From contig CAZMEX010000005.1 of the NCBI GenBank assembly GCA_964565415.1, positions 21,442 through 85,441 on the forward strand: DNA of 64,000 nt, given 5' to 3'. Positions 36,977 through 46,770 of the stretch are shown one piece after another; the stretch's first letter is position 1; each line of letters begins with the position of its first letter. The stretch comes from an uncultured Desulfobacterales bacterium. Lineage in GTDB: Bacteria > Desulfobacterota > Desulfobacteria > Desulfobacterales > Desulfobacteraceae. Both the position numbers and the translations under genes were made by a program. Under the pieces are notes generated by a model. That model was not told where the DNA came from. It ran no database searches and worked only from the letters and a program-made list of their open reading frames with translations.

Positions 36977-37249
36977 ATGAGTGTTGAAATAAATATTCAC
37001 TTGACCCACCGGCAGCATACTGATAATCAAAAAAGCATTGAAGTTGAAGGAGATACTATAGGACAAGCCATTAGTAATTTATGTAAAAAATATCCGAATA
37101 TAGAACCTGAACTTTTTGAAGGCAAAGATAAGCTTGCAAAACACATTGAAATATACCTGAATGATGAGAGTGCATATCCTGACGAGCTTAAAAAGAACAC
37201 AAAACATGGTGACAAAATATATATTACAGCTATCCTAGCCGGAGGATAA
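36977..37249 (+). CDS. MoaD/ThiS-like beta-grasp protein with C-terminal Gly-Gly
   Basis: 90 aa ending ...ITAILAGG. Length and GG terminus fit sulfur-carrier/ubiquitin-like proteins. Confidence 0.55.
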   Translation: MSVEINIHLTHRQHTDNQKSIEVEGDTIGQAISNLCKKYPNIEPELFEGKDKLAKHIEIYLNDESAYPDELKKNTKHGDKIYITAILAGG

Positions 37250-37288
37250 AAAGACAAATTGAGCAAGTCTTCGTTTTAAAAGAATGTT

Positions 37289-38242
37289 TTAAGAGATATT
37301 TAAATATTTCCTGGCTGTTCCAGTACGTAAAATATCTTCTCTAAAATATTTAATAAATGTTTTTTCTGTAAGTGTAGGAATTTTATCTTGCAGCAAAACC
37401 AGGGAAATTTTATTGACAACATTCTGACATGAGGTTTTTATTGGAACAATTTTATTTTTCCTGATTTGGCTTTGCACAATATGCGAGGCAATAACTCCCA
37501 TCCCTATATTGTTGTTTATACCCATAATCACAGCCTGGTGACTGTCTACAGTCAAAACTCTGTTCAGGTTTACCGGAAATTTATTAAAATGGTGTTTAAA
37601 CCAGTTTTTTATGGTTAGTGAAGATTTTTGATAGGAAATAAACTCCTTTGATGCAAGATTTTCATAGGAGTGATCCCTAGTAATTTCTCTTTCATAATAA
37701 TCTTTTGAACATGCCAGGATAACCTCTTCTTCGATAAGGGGTTCAATGCTGTATATACCAAAATCAGAAAAAAACTGATCCTTGGTTAAAAATGCATCAA
37801 CCAGCCCAAAATCAAGCTCACCGCTTTCTATCAAAGGAAAGATCTCGGCTGGATCTCCAAGCTTTAAGTTAAATATAACATCGGGATAAAGCTTTCGGAA
37901 CTCAGCAATTATGCGGGGGAAATATGATTTCCCAAATTCAATAGGTGATCCGATTTTTAAAAGACCATATGGTTTTTGCCTTGCCTGCCTGATGTTTTTT
38001 ATCCCCTTTGCAAGCTCGCTTATAAAAGGAGATACAATACCAAACAACTGCTCCCCGGCTGAGGTTGGCACAAGTTTTTTATGCAGCCTTGTAAATAGAT
38101 GTATTTTTAATTCATCTTCTAATTTGGTCAGGCTTTGACTTATGGCAGATGAGGTAATATTTACCTCTTTGGCAGCAGCAGCAACACTTTTTAAAGAAAA
38201 AACATAATAAAAAATTTTTAGCCTGTTAAAATCGGGTAGCAT
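37289..38242 (-). CDS. LysR-family transcriptional regulator
   Basis: N-terminal HTH AAAKEVNITSSAISQSLTKLE. 317 aa with a typical substrate-binding half. Confidence 0.9.
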   Translation of the reverse strand: MLPDFNRLKIFYYVFSLKSVAAAAKEVNITSSAISQSLTKLEDELKIHLFTRLHKKLVPTSAGEQLFGIVSPFISELAKGIKNIRQARQKPYGLLKIGSPIEFGKSYFPRIIAEFRKLYPDVIFNLKLGDPAEIFPLIESGELDFGLVDAFLTKDQFFSDFGIYSIEPLIEEEVILACSKDYYEREITRDHSYENLASKEFISYQKSSLTIKNWFKHHFNKFPVNLNRVLTVDSHQAVIMGINNNIGMGVIASHIVQSQIRKNKIVPIKTSCQNVVNKISLVLLQDKIPTLTEKTFIKYFREDILRTGTARKYLNIS

Positions 38243-38379
38243 TAGTATCTCTTAACCTAAGATTAAATTGTTTTAATTTTACTTAATATCAAAACTGTTT
38301 TATATTATCAACATAAAAGAGACACTTTAAGATAATAATTTGTCTTTTACATACAAAGCAAGGATTATTGGAGGCTCAA

Positions 38380-38574
38380 ATGAAAAACTCAATAGCAGGC
38401 AACATCATAAAAATTATCACATATTTTTTTACACCTGAAGACACAGCAACTCCAATCTGGCATGGATCTTCTGCTTATAATATTGAGTCAGACATACATG
38501 GAATTGGAACAACAAAAGCGTTGTTCTGGGTAGTAAACTCAGTTCTGTTGCTCTATCTTATCTCTCTGTTCTAA
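38380..38574 (+). CDS. Small hypothetical protein with C-terminal TM segment, divergent from the LysR gene
   Basis: GGAGG lies 6 nt upstream of the ATG at 38380. No recognisable family. Weak support. Confidence 0.3.
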   Translation: MKNSIAGNIIKIITYFFTPEDTATPIWHGSSAYNIESDIHGIGTTKALFWVVNSVLLLYLISLF

Positions 38575-38639
38575 TTTGGCAATTTTTAGTAATTCCCCGG
38601 GGAAGCTTGCTTAATTTAAAACAAATCATTTACCTAAAG

Positions 38640-39212
38640 TTAAGCTTCCCTTTTCTTTTTTATAGCCTCTTTAATCGCTTTTATCTTGGGACCATCTTCT
38701 GTCCACAGCCTGCAACTGTTTAAAATAAAATCTTTTTCTTGAATTTGATCTACTGATGTTGGAGTTTCACTTCTATGCTTTCTTTTTTCCGTAAGCCAGC
38801 CATGGACAATTTCTTGCCCCATAACAGTTAAAAGATGGGTAAGATGCGTACAACCCTTTACTCCTCCCATAAAACCTTTAATTTTTTTTGAAAACCCGCC
38901 CCGCACCTCAAGCCCCTCAATCTTTTTTATCACATCAAGGGTTTCATGGCATTGAGACATGGGAACATGGGGCATATAAGCTTCTGCTTGAGAAATTCTC
39001 AAAGGGTTGTCATGGATTAAAAGATAGATTTCCATATTATGAATAACCCCTTGTAAAATTTCCTCTTCAGTAATATCAAATATATTTTGATATCGTTCAT
39101 CCTTTAATTTCCCCCAAACTATCAACTCAGAATCATTAATATAATATGTAGCAAGTTCAATGTTTCTGGTGTGAATCTTTTTTTTATCTTGGATTAACTC
39201 TTTTAAATTCAT
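38640..39212 (-). CDS. Hypothetical protein, possibly DUF2889 family
   Basis: 190 aa. The GGVKGCTHLTHLL motif resembles the conserved Cys-x-His segment I associate with DUF2889. Recalled, not verified. Confidence 0.45.
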   Translation of the reverse strand: MNLKELIQDKKKIHTRNIELATYYINDSELIVWGKLKDERYQNIFDITEEEILQGVIHNMEIYLLIHDNPLRISQAEAYMPHVPMSQCHETLDVIKKIEGLEVRGGFSKKIKGFMGGVKGCTHLTHLLTVMGQEIVHGWLTEKRKHRSETPTSVDQIQEKDFILNSCRLWTEDGPKIKAIKEAIKKKREA

Positions 39213-39261
39213 TGCTTTTCCTCTTTAATTGTTTTTCCTCTATCTGGTATGTGGATTGAAC

Positions 39262-41442
39262 CTATGCAAGCCGTACTGCCAGACTTGAACACCTTAAATC
39301 AGTTTTGTTATTATTTAAAGCTATTGTAAATGCTTTTTTTGAGCCAACCAGGATTACAAGCTGTTTACCCCGCGTTATGGCTGTATAAAGAAGGTTCCGC
39401 TGTAATAGAGGAAAATGAGAAGTGCTCAATGCAATAATAACAGCTGAATATTCTGATCCTTGAGACTTATGGACTGAAATAGTGTAGGCAAGGGTTAGTT
39501 GCTCAAGCTCTAATATCTCATAATCAACAATCCTTCCATTATAATCAACACTGACTACTCCTTCAGCCTTATCAATTTCATAAACTATACCTATATCACC
39601 ATTAAAAACATCTTTGTCATAATTATTCTTAAGATGCATAACCTTATCCTCTACTTTAAAAGTAAAACCGTGGGCTTCAATACCTGTTTCATTATTATTT
39701 AACACTTTTTGAAGCTGCTGATTTAAATTTATAGTCCCTGTTTCACCTTTATGCATTGGTGTTAAAACCTGGATTTCATCAATGTGGGGAAATGCCTGCT
39801 TGATTCTTGTTGAGTATAAAAGGGATATTGTTTCAACAATTTTTGAAGGATTATTGTTTTCTATGAAATAAAACTCTGAAAGCTCTTGATTATTTCCCAT
39901 TGCAAGTTCAGGCATTTCACCATTTCGAATGGCATGGGCATTCATTATTATTGGGCTTAAGCTTGCCTGGCGGAATATTTCAGTCAAATAAAATGTTTTT
40001 ACAACACCGGAGTTGATAATATCAGCAAGTACATTACCAGGTCCCACTGATGGAAGTTGAAATGTATCACCCACAAGCATTAACAGGGATGTTGAAGGCA
40101 GTGCTGCCACAAGATGATACATAAGCATTGTATCAACCATGGAAGCTTCATCCACAATAAAAACATCAAGATCAAACGGGTTTGAATGGTTCTTTGCAAA
40201 TGTATTGTCATCAGGGTCATACTCAAGAAGTTTATGTAAAGTTTTTGCTTTTTTCCCTGTTACTTCAGAAAGCCTTCTTGCAGCCCGCCCGGTTGGTGCT
40301 CCTAAAACAACTTTTTGCTCTGATTTCTTGAAAATTGCACATAAAGCTCTTATCAGGGTGGTCTTTCCTGTTCCGGGACCGCCTGTAATAACTGTGACCC
40401 TCTGTTCCAAAGCTTTGGTTATAATTTCAATTTGATTTTCTGAAAGCTTTATTGCAAGTCTGGATGCAACCTCTTCAACGATTTCATCTTTATCAATCTC
40501 TGTTGTAAAAACAGGCAGGGACAACATTGCCTTAATCCTCAATGCAATGCCTTTTTCTGCCATGTAAAGTCTTTCCATATATATTAAAGTCTTGTCATCT
40601 CTGTTTTCCATGACAATTTCATCATTTTGTTCTAAATCCAACAGAGCATTATCAACTCTCTCCAGGTCGATCCCTTGGTCAACCTCTCCATATGACCCGC
40701 CCTCAAAACCAATGATTTTATAACATTGCTCAATTAATGTCTCTTTTTGAACAAAAACATGTCCATCGTTTTCAAAAATTAAAAGAAGATAAATAAGAGA
40801 TGCCTTGATTCTTTCAGGATCATCCCTTTGTCCACCTGCCTGCAAAGCAATTTTATCTGCTATTTTAAACCCGGCTTGGGGAATATCTTTTGCAATGGTG
40901 TAGGGAGTTTGGTGCAGTATTTTTAATGCATCTGAGCCATAACAAATCAGGATTGCTGAAGCATGCACAACACTCACTCCTCGATCCTGCAAAAACTGCA
41001 TTACTCTTCTAACCGAGTGGTGTTTGTTCCATGCCTCTGTGATGGTATTGGATTTTGCTTTACCTATACCTGTTATCTCTTTTAATCTTACAGGCTCATT
41101 TTCTATAATATCAAAGGTGTTTTCTTTAAATTTTTTTACAATTTTACCTGCAAGGTCTTTGCCAATACCCTTGATAATACCTGACTCAAGATACTCTTTT
41201 ATCCCTGATGTTGTTGATGGAAGAATTACATTAAAAGATTTAACATTAAACTGGTCACCATATTTTTGATGTGTAACCCATATACCGGTAAGCGCAAGGG
41301 TTTCGCCCTCAACAATTCCTGCCATGTGACCGACAATAGTAACAAAATCTTTTATCTGGGGAACTTCTAGCTTTGCAATAGTATAAAAATTATCACTGTT
41401 TTGAAATGTTATTCTTTTTAATAAACCTTTTAATATAATCAT
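39262..41442 (-). CDS. recD2: RecD2-type SF1 5'-3' DNA helicase
   Basis: Walker A GGPGTGKTT, Walker B VFIVDEASMVD, motif VHKSQGSEY. N-terminal OB / helix-hairpin-helix region. 726 aa. Confidence 0.85.
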   Translation of the reverse strand: MIILKGLLKRITFQNSDNFYTIAKLEVPQIKDFVTIVGHMAGIVEGETLALTGIWVTHQKYGDQFNVKSFNVILPSTTSGIKEYLESGIIKGIGKDLAGKIVKKFKENTFDIIENEPVRLKEITGIGKAKSNTITEAWNKHHSVRRVMQFLQDRGVSVVHASAILICYGSDALKILHQTPYTIAKDIPQAGFKIADKIALQAGGQRDDPERIKASLIYLLLIFENDGHVFVQKETLIEQCYKIIGFEGGSYGEVDQGIDLERVDNALLDLEQNDEIVMENRDDKTLIYMERLYMAEKGIALRIKAMLSLPVFTTEIDKDEIVEEVASRLAIKLSENQIEIITKALEQRVTVITGGPGTGKTTLIRALCAIFKKSEQKVVLGAPTGRAARRLSEVTGKKAKTLHKLLEYDPDDNTFAKNHSNPFDLDVFIVDEASMVDTMLMYHLVAALPSTSLLMLVGDTFQLPSVGPGNVLADIINSGVVKTFYLTEIFRQASLSPIIMNAHAIRNGEMPELAMGNNQELSEFYFIENNNPSKIVETISLLYSTRIKQAFPHIDEIQVLTPMHKGETGTINLNQQLQKVLNNNETGIEAHGFTFKVEDKVMHLKNNYDKDVFNGDIGIVYEIDKAEGVVSVDYNGRIVDYEILELEQLTLAYTISVHKSQGSEYSAVIIALSTSHFPLLQRNLLYTAITRGKQLVILVGSKKAFTIALNNNKTDLRCSSLAVRLA

Positions 41443-41486
41443 TCAGAGTACAAGTATTCAGTGTTTAATAACCCTAGACATATAAA

Positions 41487-42047
41487 CTATGCTTTTTTTA
41501 TGATCCATTTTACAGCATCATAGAGGTTTTTTGCTGTAAAATCGACTCCTGTTCCATTTTTTTCAAGAAGTTGTTCAGCAATTAATCCATTGCCGGTTTG
41601 AACTAAAACTGCAAGGCTGCACCCGGCATTTCTTGCACACTCAATATCCTTGGCACTATCACCTACCATGCATGCATACTCAAGGTCAATGTTGTATTTT
41701 TCTGCTGCCTGTAGGATTAATCCCGGATTTGGTTTTCTGCAATTACATCCTGCATCGGGCAGGTGGGGACAATAAAAAATATCTTTTATTTTACCGCCTG
41801 CCTTTTCTATCCCATTTTCCATTTTACTGAAAATTTTTTCAAGCTCTTGTATTGTTGTCAATTGCCTCTCTATTGCAGACTGATTAGTAATCAAAATAAC
41901 ATCAAACCCAGCTTTTGTGAGCATGGCGACAGCTTCAGGACTTTTATCGATAAAATGAAATTCAGATTCGTGCTTGATATAATCTTGAGAGTCAACATTG
42001 ATAACCCCATCACGGTCTAAAAAAACTGTATATTGCATTTTCAACAC
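41487..42047 (-). CDS. gmhB: D,D-heptose 1,7-bisphosphate phosphatase (HAD-IIIA)
   Basis: VFLDRDGVIN, zinc motif CPHLPDAGCNCRKPNPG, MVGDSAKD. Confidence 0.8.
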   Translation of the reverse strand: MLKMQYTVFLDRDGVINVDSQDYIKHESEFHFIDKSPEAVAMLTKAGFDVILITNQSAIERQLTTIQELEKIFSKMENGIEKAGGKIKDIFYCPHLPDAGCNCRKPNPGLILQAAEKYNIDLEYACMVGDSAKDIECARNAGCSLAVLVQTGNGLIAEQLLEKNGTGVDFTAKNLYDAVKWIIKKA

Positions 42048-42850
42048 TACTCTGCAACCAAAAATAGTGTTTTCAGTCCATCAACACTCAACTGTTTTTC
42101 CAGCAGTGATGCTTGAATCAGTTTTGAATATTTACCAATCCTGACACGATAAAAAGTTCCACGGTGGTCTTGGTGGGTGACAATGTGAACATTGTCATAA
42201 CTTGCAGAAAGCTCTTGTTTATATTGATTGGCATTGCTTTTTACCTGGAAAGCACCTACCTGGACTGAAAAATTACCATCCTGCCAGTTTACAGGAACAT
42301 ACTCTCTCTTTTTTGCTTTTGGATTTTTTAATTTTCCAAGTACAGTAATTATAACAGGGGCAGTTCCCTTTTCAACTATTCCAATTTTTTTTGCACCTGT
42401 ATATGAAAGATCAATTATTCTTCTTCTTACAAAAGGACCCCTGTCATTAATCCTTACTACTATTTCCTTATTATTTCTTAAATTATGTACTTTGACCCAG
42501 GTTTGAAGGGGCAGTGTTTTATGGGCTGCTGTCATTGCATACATATTATAAATTTCACCGTTTGCTGTCTTTTTTCCATGAAAATCCTTTCCATACCAGG
42601 AAGCAAGCCCTTTTTGAGTGTAATTTTCAGGCTGGCTTTTAGGGTAATACATTATTCCATTGATATAATAGGGTTTTCCAAGTTTTGCTTTTCCTGGTGA
42701 GCTGGATTTTTTTTCAGAAGTTATAGATGGTTTTTTCTGTTTTACATGTTCAACTACTATTTTTCTTCTTGAACAGCCAACGGCAAAAAATAATACAATA
42801 GATAAAAATATAACAATAGATAGTGTTGCTTTTGAAAACAAAATATTCAT
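42047..42850 (-). CDS. rlpA: Septal ring lytic transglycosylase RlpA (DPBB + SPOR)
   Basis: Lipobox FAVGCS, GLASWYGKDFHGKKTANGEIY, VRINDRGPF. C-terminal SPOR-like FSVQVGAF...YRVRIG. Confidence 0.85.
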   Translation of the reverse strand: MNILFSKATLSIVIFLSIVLFFAVGCSRRKIVVEHVKQKKPSITSEKKSSSPGKAKLGKPYYINGIMYYPKSQPENYTQKGLASWYGKDFHGKKTANGEIYNMYAMTAAHKTLPLQTWVKVHNLRNNKEIVVRINDRGPFVRRRIIDLSYTGAKKIGIVEKGTAPVIITVLGKLKNPKAKKREYVPVNWQDGNFSVQVGAFQVKSNANQYKQELSASYDNVHIVTHQDHRGTFYRVRIGKYSKLIQASLLEKQLSVDGLKTLFLVAE

Positions 42851-42860
42851 AAACTTTTTC

Positions 42861-45227
42861 CTAAATATTCAGAGCTTTTTTTAATACATCTTCCATGGTA
42901 TCAGCAAAAACAAAATCTATTTGCTCTTTTACCTTTACTGGAACATCCTCAATATCCTTTTTATTCCATTGGGGCAGAATAATGCTTTTTATGCCACTTC
43001 TTTGGGCAGCAATAACTTTCTCTTTTATTCCTCCCACAGCAAGCACATCACCTCTTAACGTAATTTCACCTGTCATTGCAAGTCTTTTTTGCACAGGTTT
43101 GTTAGTTATCAGGGACATGAGTGCGGTCAACATTGCAACTCCTGCGGATGGTCCATCTTTTGGTATTGCTCCTTCAGGAACATGAATATGAATATCATGC
43201 TCTTCAAAAAAAGAATCATCTATATTAAAATTATCAGTTTTTGATCTTATATAACTTAGAGCTGTATTTGCAGATTCTTTCATTACATCTCCAAGATGGC
43301 CGGTCAAAGTAAGCAGGCTTGCTCCTTTCATGGCAGCAGCTTCAATATATAAAATTTCTCCTCCAAAGGGGGTCCAGGCAAGCCCTAAAACAACTCCGGG
43401 GCAGGCTGTTTTTATATTATGATCCGGCATATTACGTTCCACACCCAGGTACTTTGGAATATCCTGTTTTAAAATTTTAATGGGCTTTTCAACATTGCTG
43501 TTTTCTTCCACAATTGTGCTTGCAACTCCCCTGCAAACTGAACCTATCTCTCTTTCAAGGTTTCTCAAACCAGCTTCTCTGGTATATCCAGATATAATTT
43601 TTCTTATTGCCCCATTGGTAATTTGTATTTGGGATGCCTTTAAACCATTTTCATAGCGCTGTCTTGGTATTAAGTATTTAGTTGCTATTTTGGTTTTTTC
43701 TTCTTCTATATATCCACTTAATTCCAGAATTTCCATTCTATCTCTTAAGGGGTCAGGAATGGTATGAAGTACATTTGCCGTTGTAAGAAAAATAATATCA
43801 GAAAGATCAAAGGGTAAATCAAGATAGTGATCTGTAAATGAATTGTTTTGCTCAGGATCCAAAACTTCAAGAAGTGCTGAAGACGGGTCTCCATGGTAAG
43901 ATGAATCAACCTTGTCAATCTCATCCAGCATAAAAACCGGATTATTTGTTCCAGCTCTTCTAAGCTGTTGAATAATGCGACCCGGCATTGCACCAACATA
44001 GGTTCTTCTATGCCCTCTTATTTCAGCCTCATCTCGCATTCCCCCCAGAGCAATTCTCACAAACTCTCTGCCTAAAGCTTTTGCAATTGATTTTCCCAGG
44101 GATGTTTTCCCAGTACCCGGAGGTCCTGCAAAGCATAAAATAGGACCCTTTGAATCTTTTTTAAGTTTTCTTACGGAAAGATACTCAAGAATTCTCTTTT
44201 TCGGTTTTTCAAGACCATAATGATCATTATTAAGAGTTGCCCTTGCCTCTTTGATATCAATTTTTTCTACTGATTTATCATTCCAGGGCAGAGTGGTAAT
44301 CCAGTCAAGATATGTTGAAGAGACAACATATTCGCTGGACGAGGGGGACATTTTTGCAAGGCGGTCAAGCTCGCGCAAAGCTTCTTTAAAAACTACTCCC
44401 TCAAGCTCTTTTGCTTCTATTTTATCCTTGTATTCCCTTATTTCAATATTCTCGTCATCATCACCCTCTCCTAGCTCTTCTTTAATGGCTTTAAGCTGCT
44501 GGCGAAGATAATAATCCCTCTGCTTTTTATCCATATCCTCTTTGACCTGGGATTGAATTTTTGAACCCATTTCAAGTATATCAAGTTGATCATTTACAAG
44601 CCTTGTTACACTTTCCAGCCTTTTTTTAACATCTAAATATTCCAGAGCTTTCTGTTTTTCTTCCACTGGAGCATTTACCGAGGATGCAACCATATCTGCA
44701 AGAACATCTGGGTCTTGAAGGGATTTCACAAGATCTGTCATCTCCGGGGGAAGACCTGGAGAAAGCTTTACAATTTTTTCGTACTGCTCAATTATATTTG
44801 CCATGAGAGCACGATTTGCTTTGTTTCTTTTACAGTTCTTGTTTTTAAGAACTCTGATTTTTGCCTGGATATAGCTTTTTTCATTCAGATACTCTTCAAC
44901 TTTAAACCGGCTTATTCCCTGTATTAAAAGCTGTGCTTTATCCTCTTCCATTTTTGACATTTTAAGAATAACCGCAGCTGTTCCAATCTTATAAAGGTCT
45001 TTTGTGGTGTGCCTCTGTTCAACCTCGGACCGCTTTGATAGAATAAGTCCAAGTATTCTATCTCCTGCCATTGCTTCGTCAATAAGGTCAATTGCCTCTT
45101 TTTGCACTAAAACAAGGGGAAGCACCATTTTTGGAAAAAGGTTTGTATCAACAATGGGAAGGATTGGCAGAATATCGGGAATCTGGTCAGTTTTAATATC
45201 AACATTAGGTTGTTCCATGCTATCCAT
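42861..45227 (-). CDS. lon: ATP-dependent Lon protease
   Basis: GPPGTGKTS Walker A, DGPSAGVAM catalytic Ser, GGIKEKV catalytic Lys. 788 aa. Confidence 0.95.
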   Translation of the reverse strand: MDSMEQPNVDIKTDQIPDILPILPIVDTNLFPKMVLPLVLVQKEAIDLIDEAMAGDRILGLILSKRSEVEQRHTTKDLYKIGTAAVILKMSKMEEDKAQLLIQGISRFKVEEYLNEKSYIQAKIRVLKNKNCKRNKANRALMANIIEQYEKIVKLSPGLPPEMTDLVKSLQDPDVLADMVASSVNAPVEEKQKALEYLDVKKRLESVTRLVNDQLDILEMGSKIQSQVKEDMDKKQRDYYLRQQLKAIKEELGEGDDDENIEIREYKDKIEAKELEGVVFKEALRELDRLAKMSPSSSEYVVSSTYLDWITTLPWNDKSVEKIDIKEARATLNNDHYGLEKPKKRILEYLSVRKLKKDSKGPILCFAGPPGTGKTSLGKSIAKALGREFVRIALGGMRDEAEIRGHRRTYVGAMPGRIIQQLRRAGTNNPVFMLDEIDKVDSSYHGDPSSALLEVLDPEQNNSFTDHYLDLPFDLSDIIFLTTANVLHTIPDPLRDRMEILELSGYIEEEKTKIATKYLIPRQRYENGLKASQIQITNGAIRKIISGYTREAGLRNLEREIGSVCRGVASTIVEENSNVEKPIKILKQDIPKYLGVERNMPDHNIKTACPGVVLGLAWTPFGGEILYIEAAAMKGASLLTLTGHLGDVMKESANTALSYIRSKTDNFNIDDSFFEEHDIHIHVPEGAIPKDGPSAGVAMLTALMSLITNKPVQKRLAMTGEITLRGDVLAVGGIKEKVIAAQRSGIKSIILPQWNKKDIEDVPVKVKEQIDFVFADTMEDVLKKALNI

Positions 45228-45265
45228 ACTTTTTCTTATTTTAAGAATTCAAGTTATACAGGTAT

Positions 45266-45700
45266 CTAGGCACCAGTGCCACCATTTCCCTGAAATTTAT
45301 CCATTTTAATCTCAAGAAAACCATTGGAAAAATAAGCAGATACGCTTTTTGCATCCACCACAGTAGGAAGATAGAGCACTCTTTCAAAGTCTCCAAATTG
45401 AATCTCAGCAAGTCTATAGGTCGCAATTTTATTTTTAGGTGGTTTTATGCTCTTTCTCTTCCCGGAAATTTTAACTGCCTTGCTGCTTACTTCTATCAAA
45501 ATATTGCGCTTTTTAACCCCGGCTATTTCAGCATGTATAATAATTTTTTCCCTTGTTTCAAAAATATCCATCTGGGGTTTCCATACACGTCTTGAAGGGC
45601 AAAACATGGGGCTTACAGATTGAAACATATCATCTATGGGTTTGGCTTCCCTTGGTTTTTCATCAATATCTTCATCACAGCGAATTTCTATGGAGTTCAT
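45266..45700 (-). CDS. Hsp20/alpha-crystallin small heat-shock protein
   Basis: Alpha-crystallin domain (DIFETREKIIIHAEIAGV...GDFERVLYLP). Directly upstream of lon. Confidence 0.85.
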   Translation of the reverse strand: MNSIEIRCDEDIDEKPREAKPIDDMFQSVSPMFCPSRRVWKPQMDIFETREKIIIHAEIAGVKKRNILIEVSSKAVKISGKRKSIKPPKNKIATYRLAEIQFGDFERVLYLPTVVDAKSVSAYFSNGFLEIKMDKFQGNGGTGA

Positions 45701-45986
45701 ACATTAAGCTCCTAATGATGTTATACATTTTGTATCATTTGGTTTTATATAAAATACCACTTGTTTCAACCCTTGTAAAGAAAGAAATAAGTGTCTGGAT
45801 ATTTGCCATAATAACAAAACAATTTAACACTTCATAAATTGAATATGCTGAATGTCAATTGTTTGCGTTTTCCTTACCCAATCATCAAAAATGCTTTTTT
45901 TACCTGGCCTGCAAGCCATTATTCCCACTTAAACTTTTCCCATTAGTGTTTAATACACCTGTATTCTTGATCCCTCCCGTCCTGGT

Positions 45987-46688
45987 CTAGGACCTTATTT
46001 CTATAAATTTTGGAAAAACCTTCTTCTTTTCTCTTCTATACGACCAGATAAGATATGTTGAACTCAAGCCACCAAGAAGTGAGAAAAAGATAAGATAATA
46101 AAAACCATCACCACAACAATGGGGGATGCGAAAAAAAATCATCACCATGGAAAAACCAATAAAAATAATACTTGCAATAATTCTTAAAGCAAATCGGAAC
46201 ATATCTGTTGCTTTATAAAACCTCTGAATACTATTTTTGAAATTTATTTCTTGATTTATTTTGTAAAAAAAATTTGGCTTGTCAATGCACAATTCAATTT
46301 GACCAAATCGATCATTTGATAATTTCCCAAAACCAATTTTTTCCAGTTCTTTTAATGCTAAATCAGCTTCATTCATAGATAGGTTTAACTTTGACACAAA
46401 ATCCATGGTTGTGAGGCAAGACTCTTTTCCTTGAATTATCTTTAAGATTTTGGCCATTTTAATACGTTTTTTATGTCTCTGGGGTCTATATTTTACCATT
46501 AACCGTATTCCGCATGCAGCAACTGGTGACATTAAAAAACTTATAACATAGGCACCAATTTTTGAATTTTCATCTTCAAAACCTTCCATTTCTATTACAA
46601 TAAATACAACGAATAAAAGCAAACTGAAAAGGGTTAAAGCTAAACCAAACAAAAATAGAAATATATTTATTAATTTATTCATTATCAA
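45987..46688 (-). CDS. Hypothetical membrane protein (2+2 TM segments flanking a soluble segment)
   Basis: ORF with clear hydrophobic segments at both ends. No family recognised. Confidence 0.45.
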   Translation of the reverse strand: MIMNKLINIFLFLFGLALTLFSLLLFVVFIVIEMEGFEDENSKIGAYVISFLMSPVAACGIRLMVKYRPQRHKKRIKMAKILKIIQGKESCLTTMDFVSKLNLSMNEADLALKELEKIGFGKLSNDRFGQIELCIDKPNFFYKINQEINFKNSIQRFYKATDMFRFALRIIASIIFIGFSMVMIFFRIPHCCGDGFYYLIFFSLLGGLSSTYLIWSYRREKKKVFPKFIEIRS

Positions 46689-46770
46689 TGGTAAGTTACA
46701 TTCAGTTTTAATTACAGTGCTGGTTAATGGTTAACTATGACCCCAGCGGTTTTGAAAAAATCAGGTTAAA

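Noticed and set aside
45701-45860. Possible heat-shock (sigma32) promoter or CIRCE element upstream of hsp20-lon
   Set aside because: A GTTGAAA box is present on the minus strand, but no CCCCAT-type -10 occurs at the right spacing. No CIRCE inverted repeat (TTAGCACTC-N9-GAGTGCTAA) is present. Alternative sigma70-like boxes are ambiguous.
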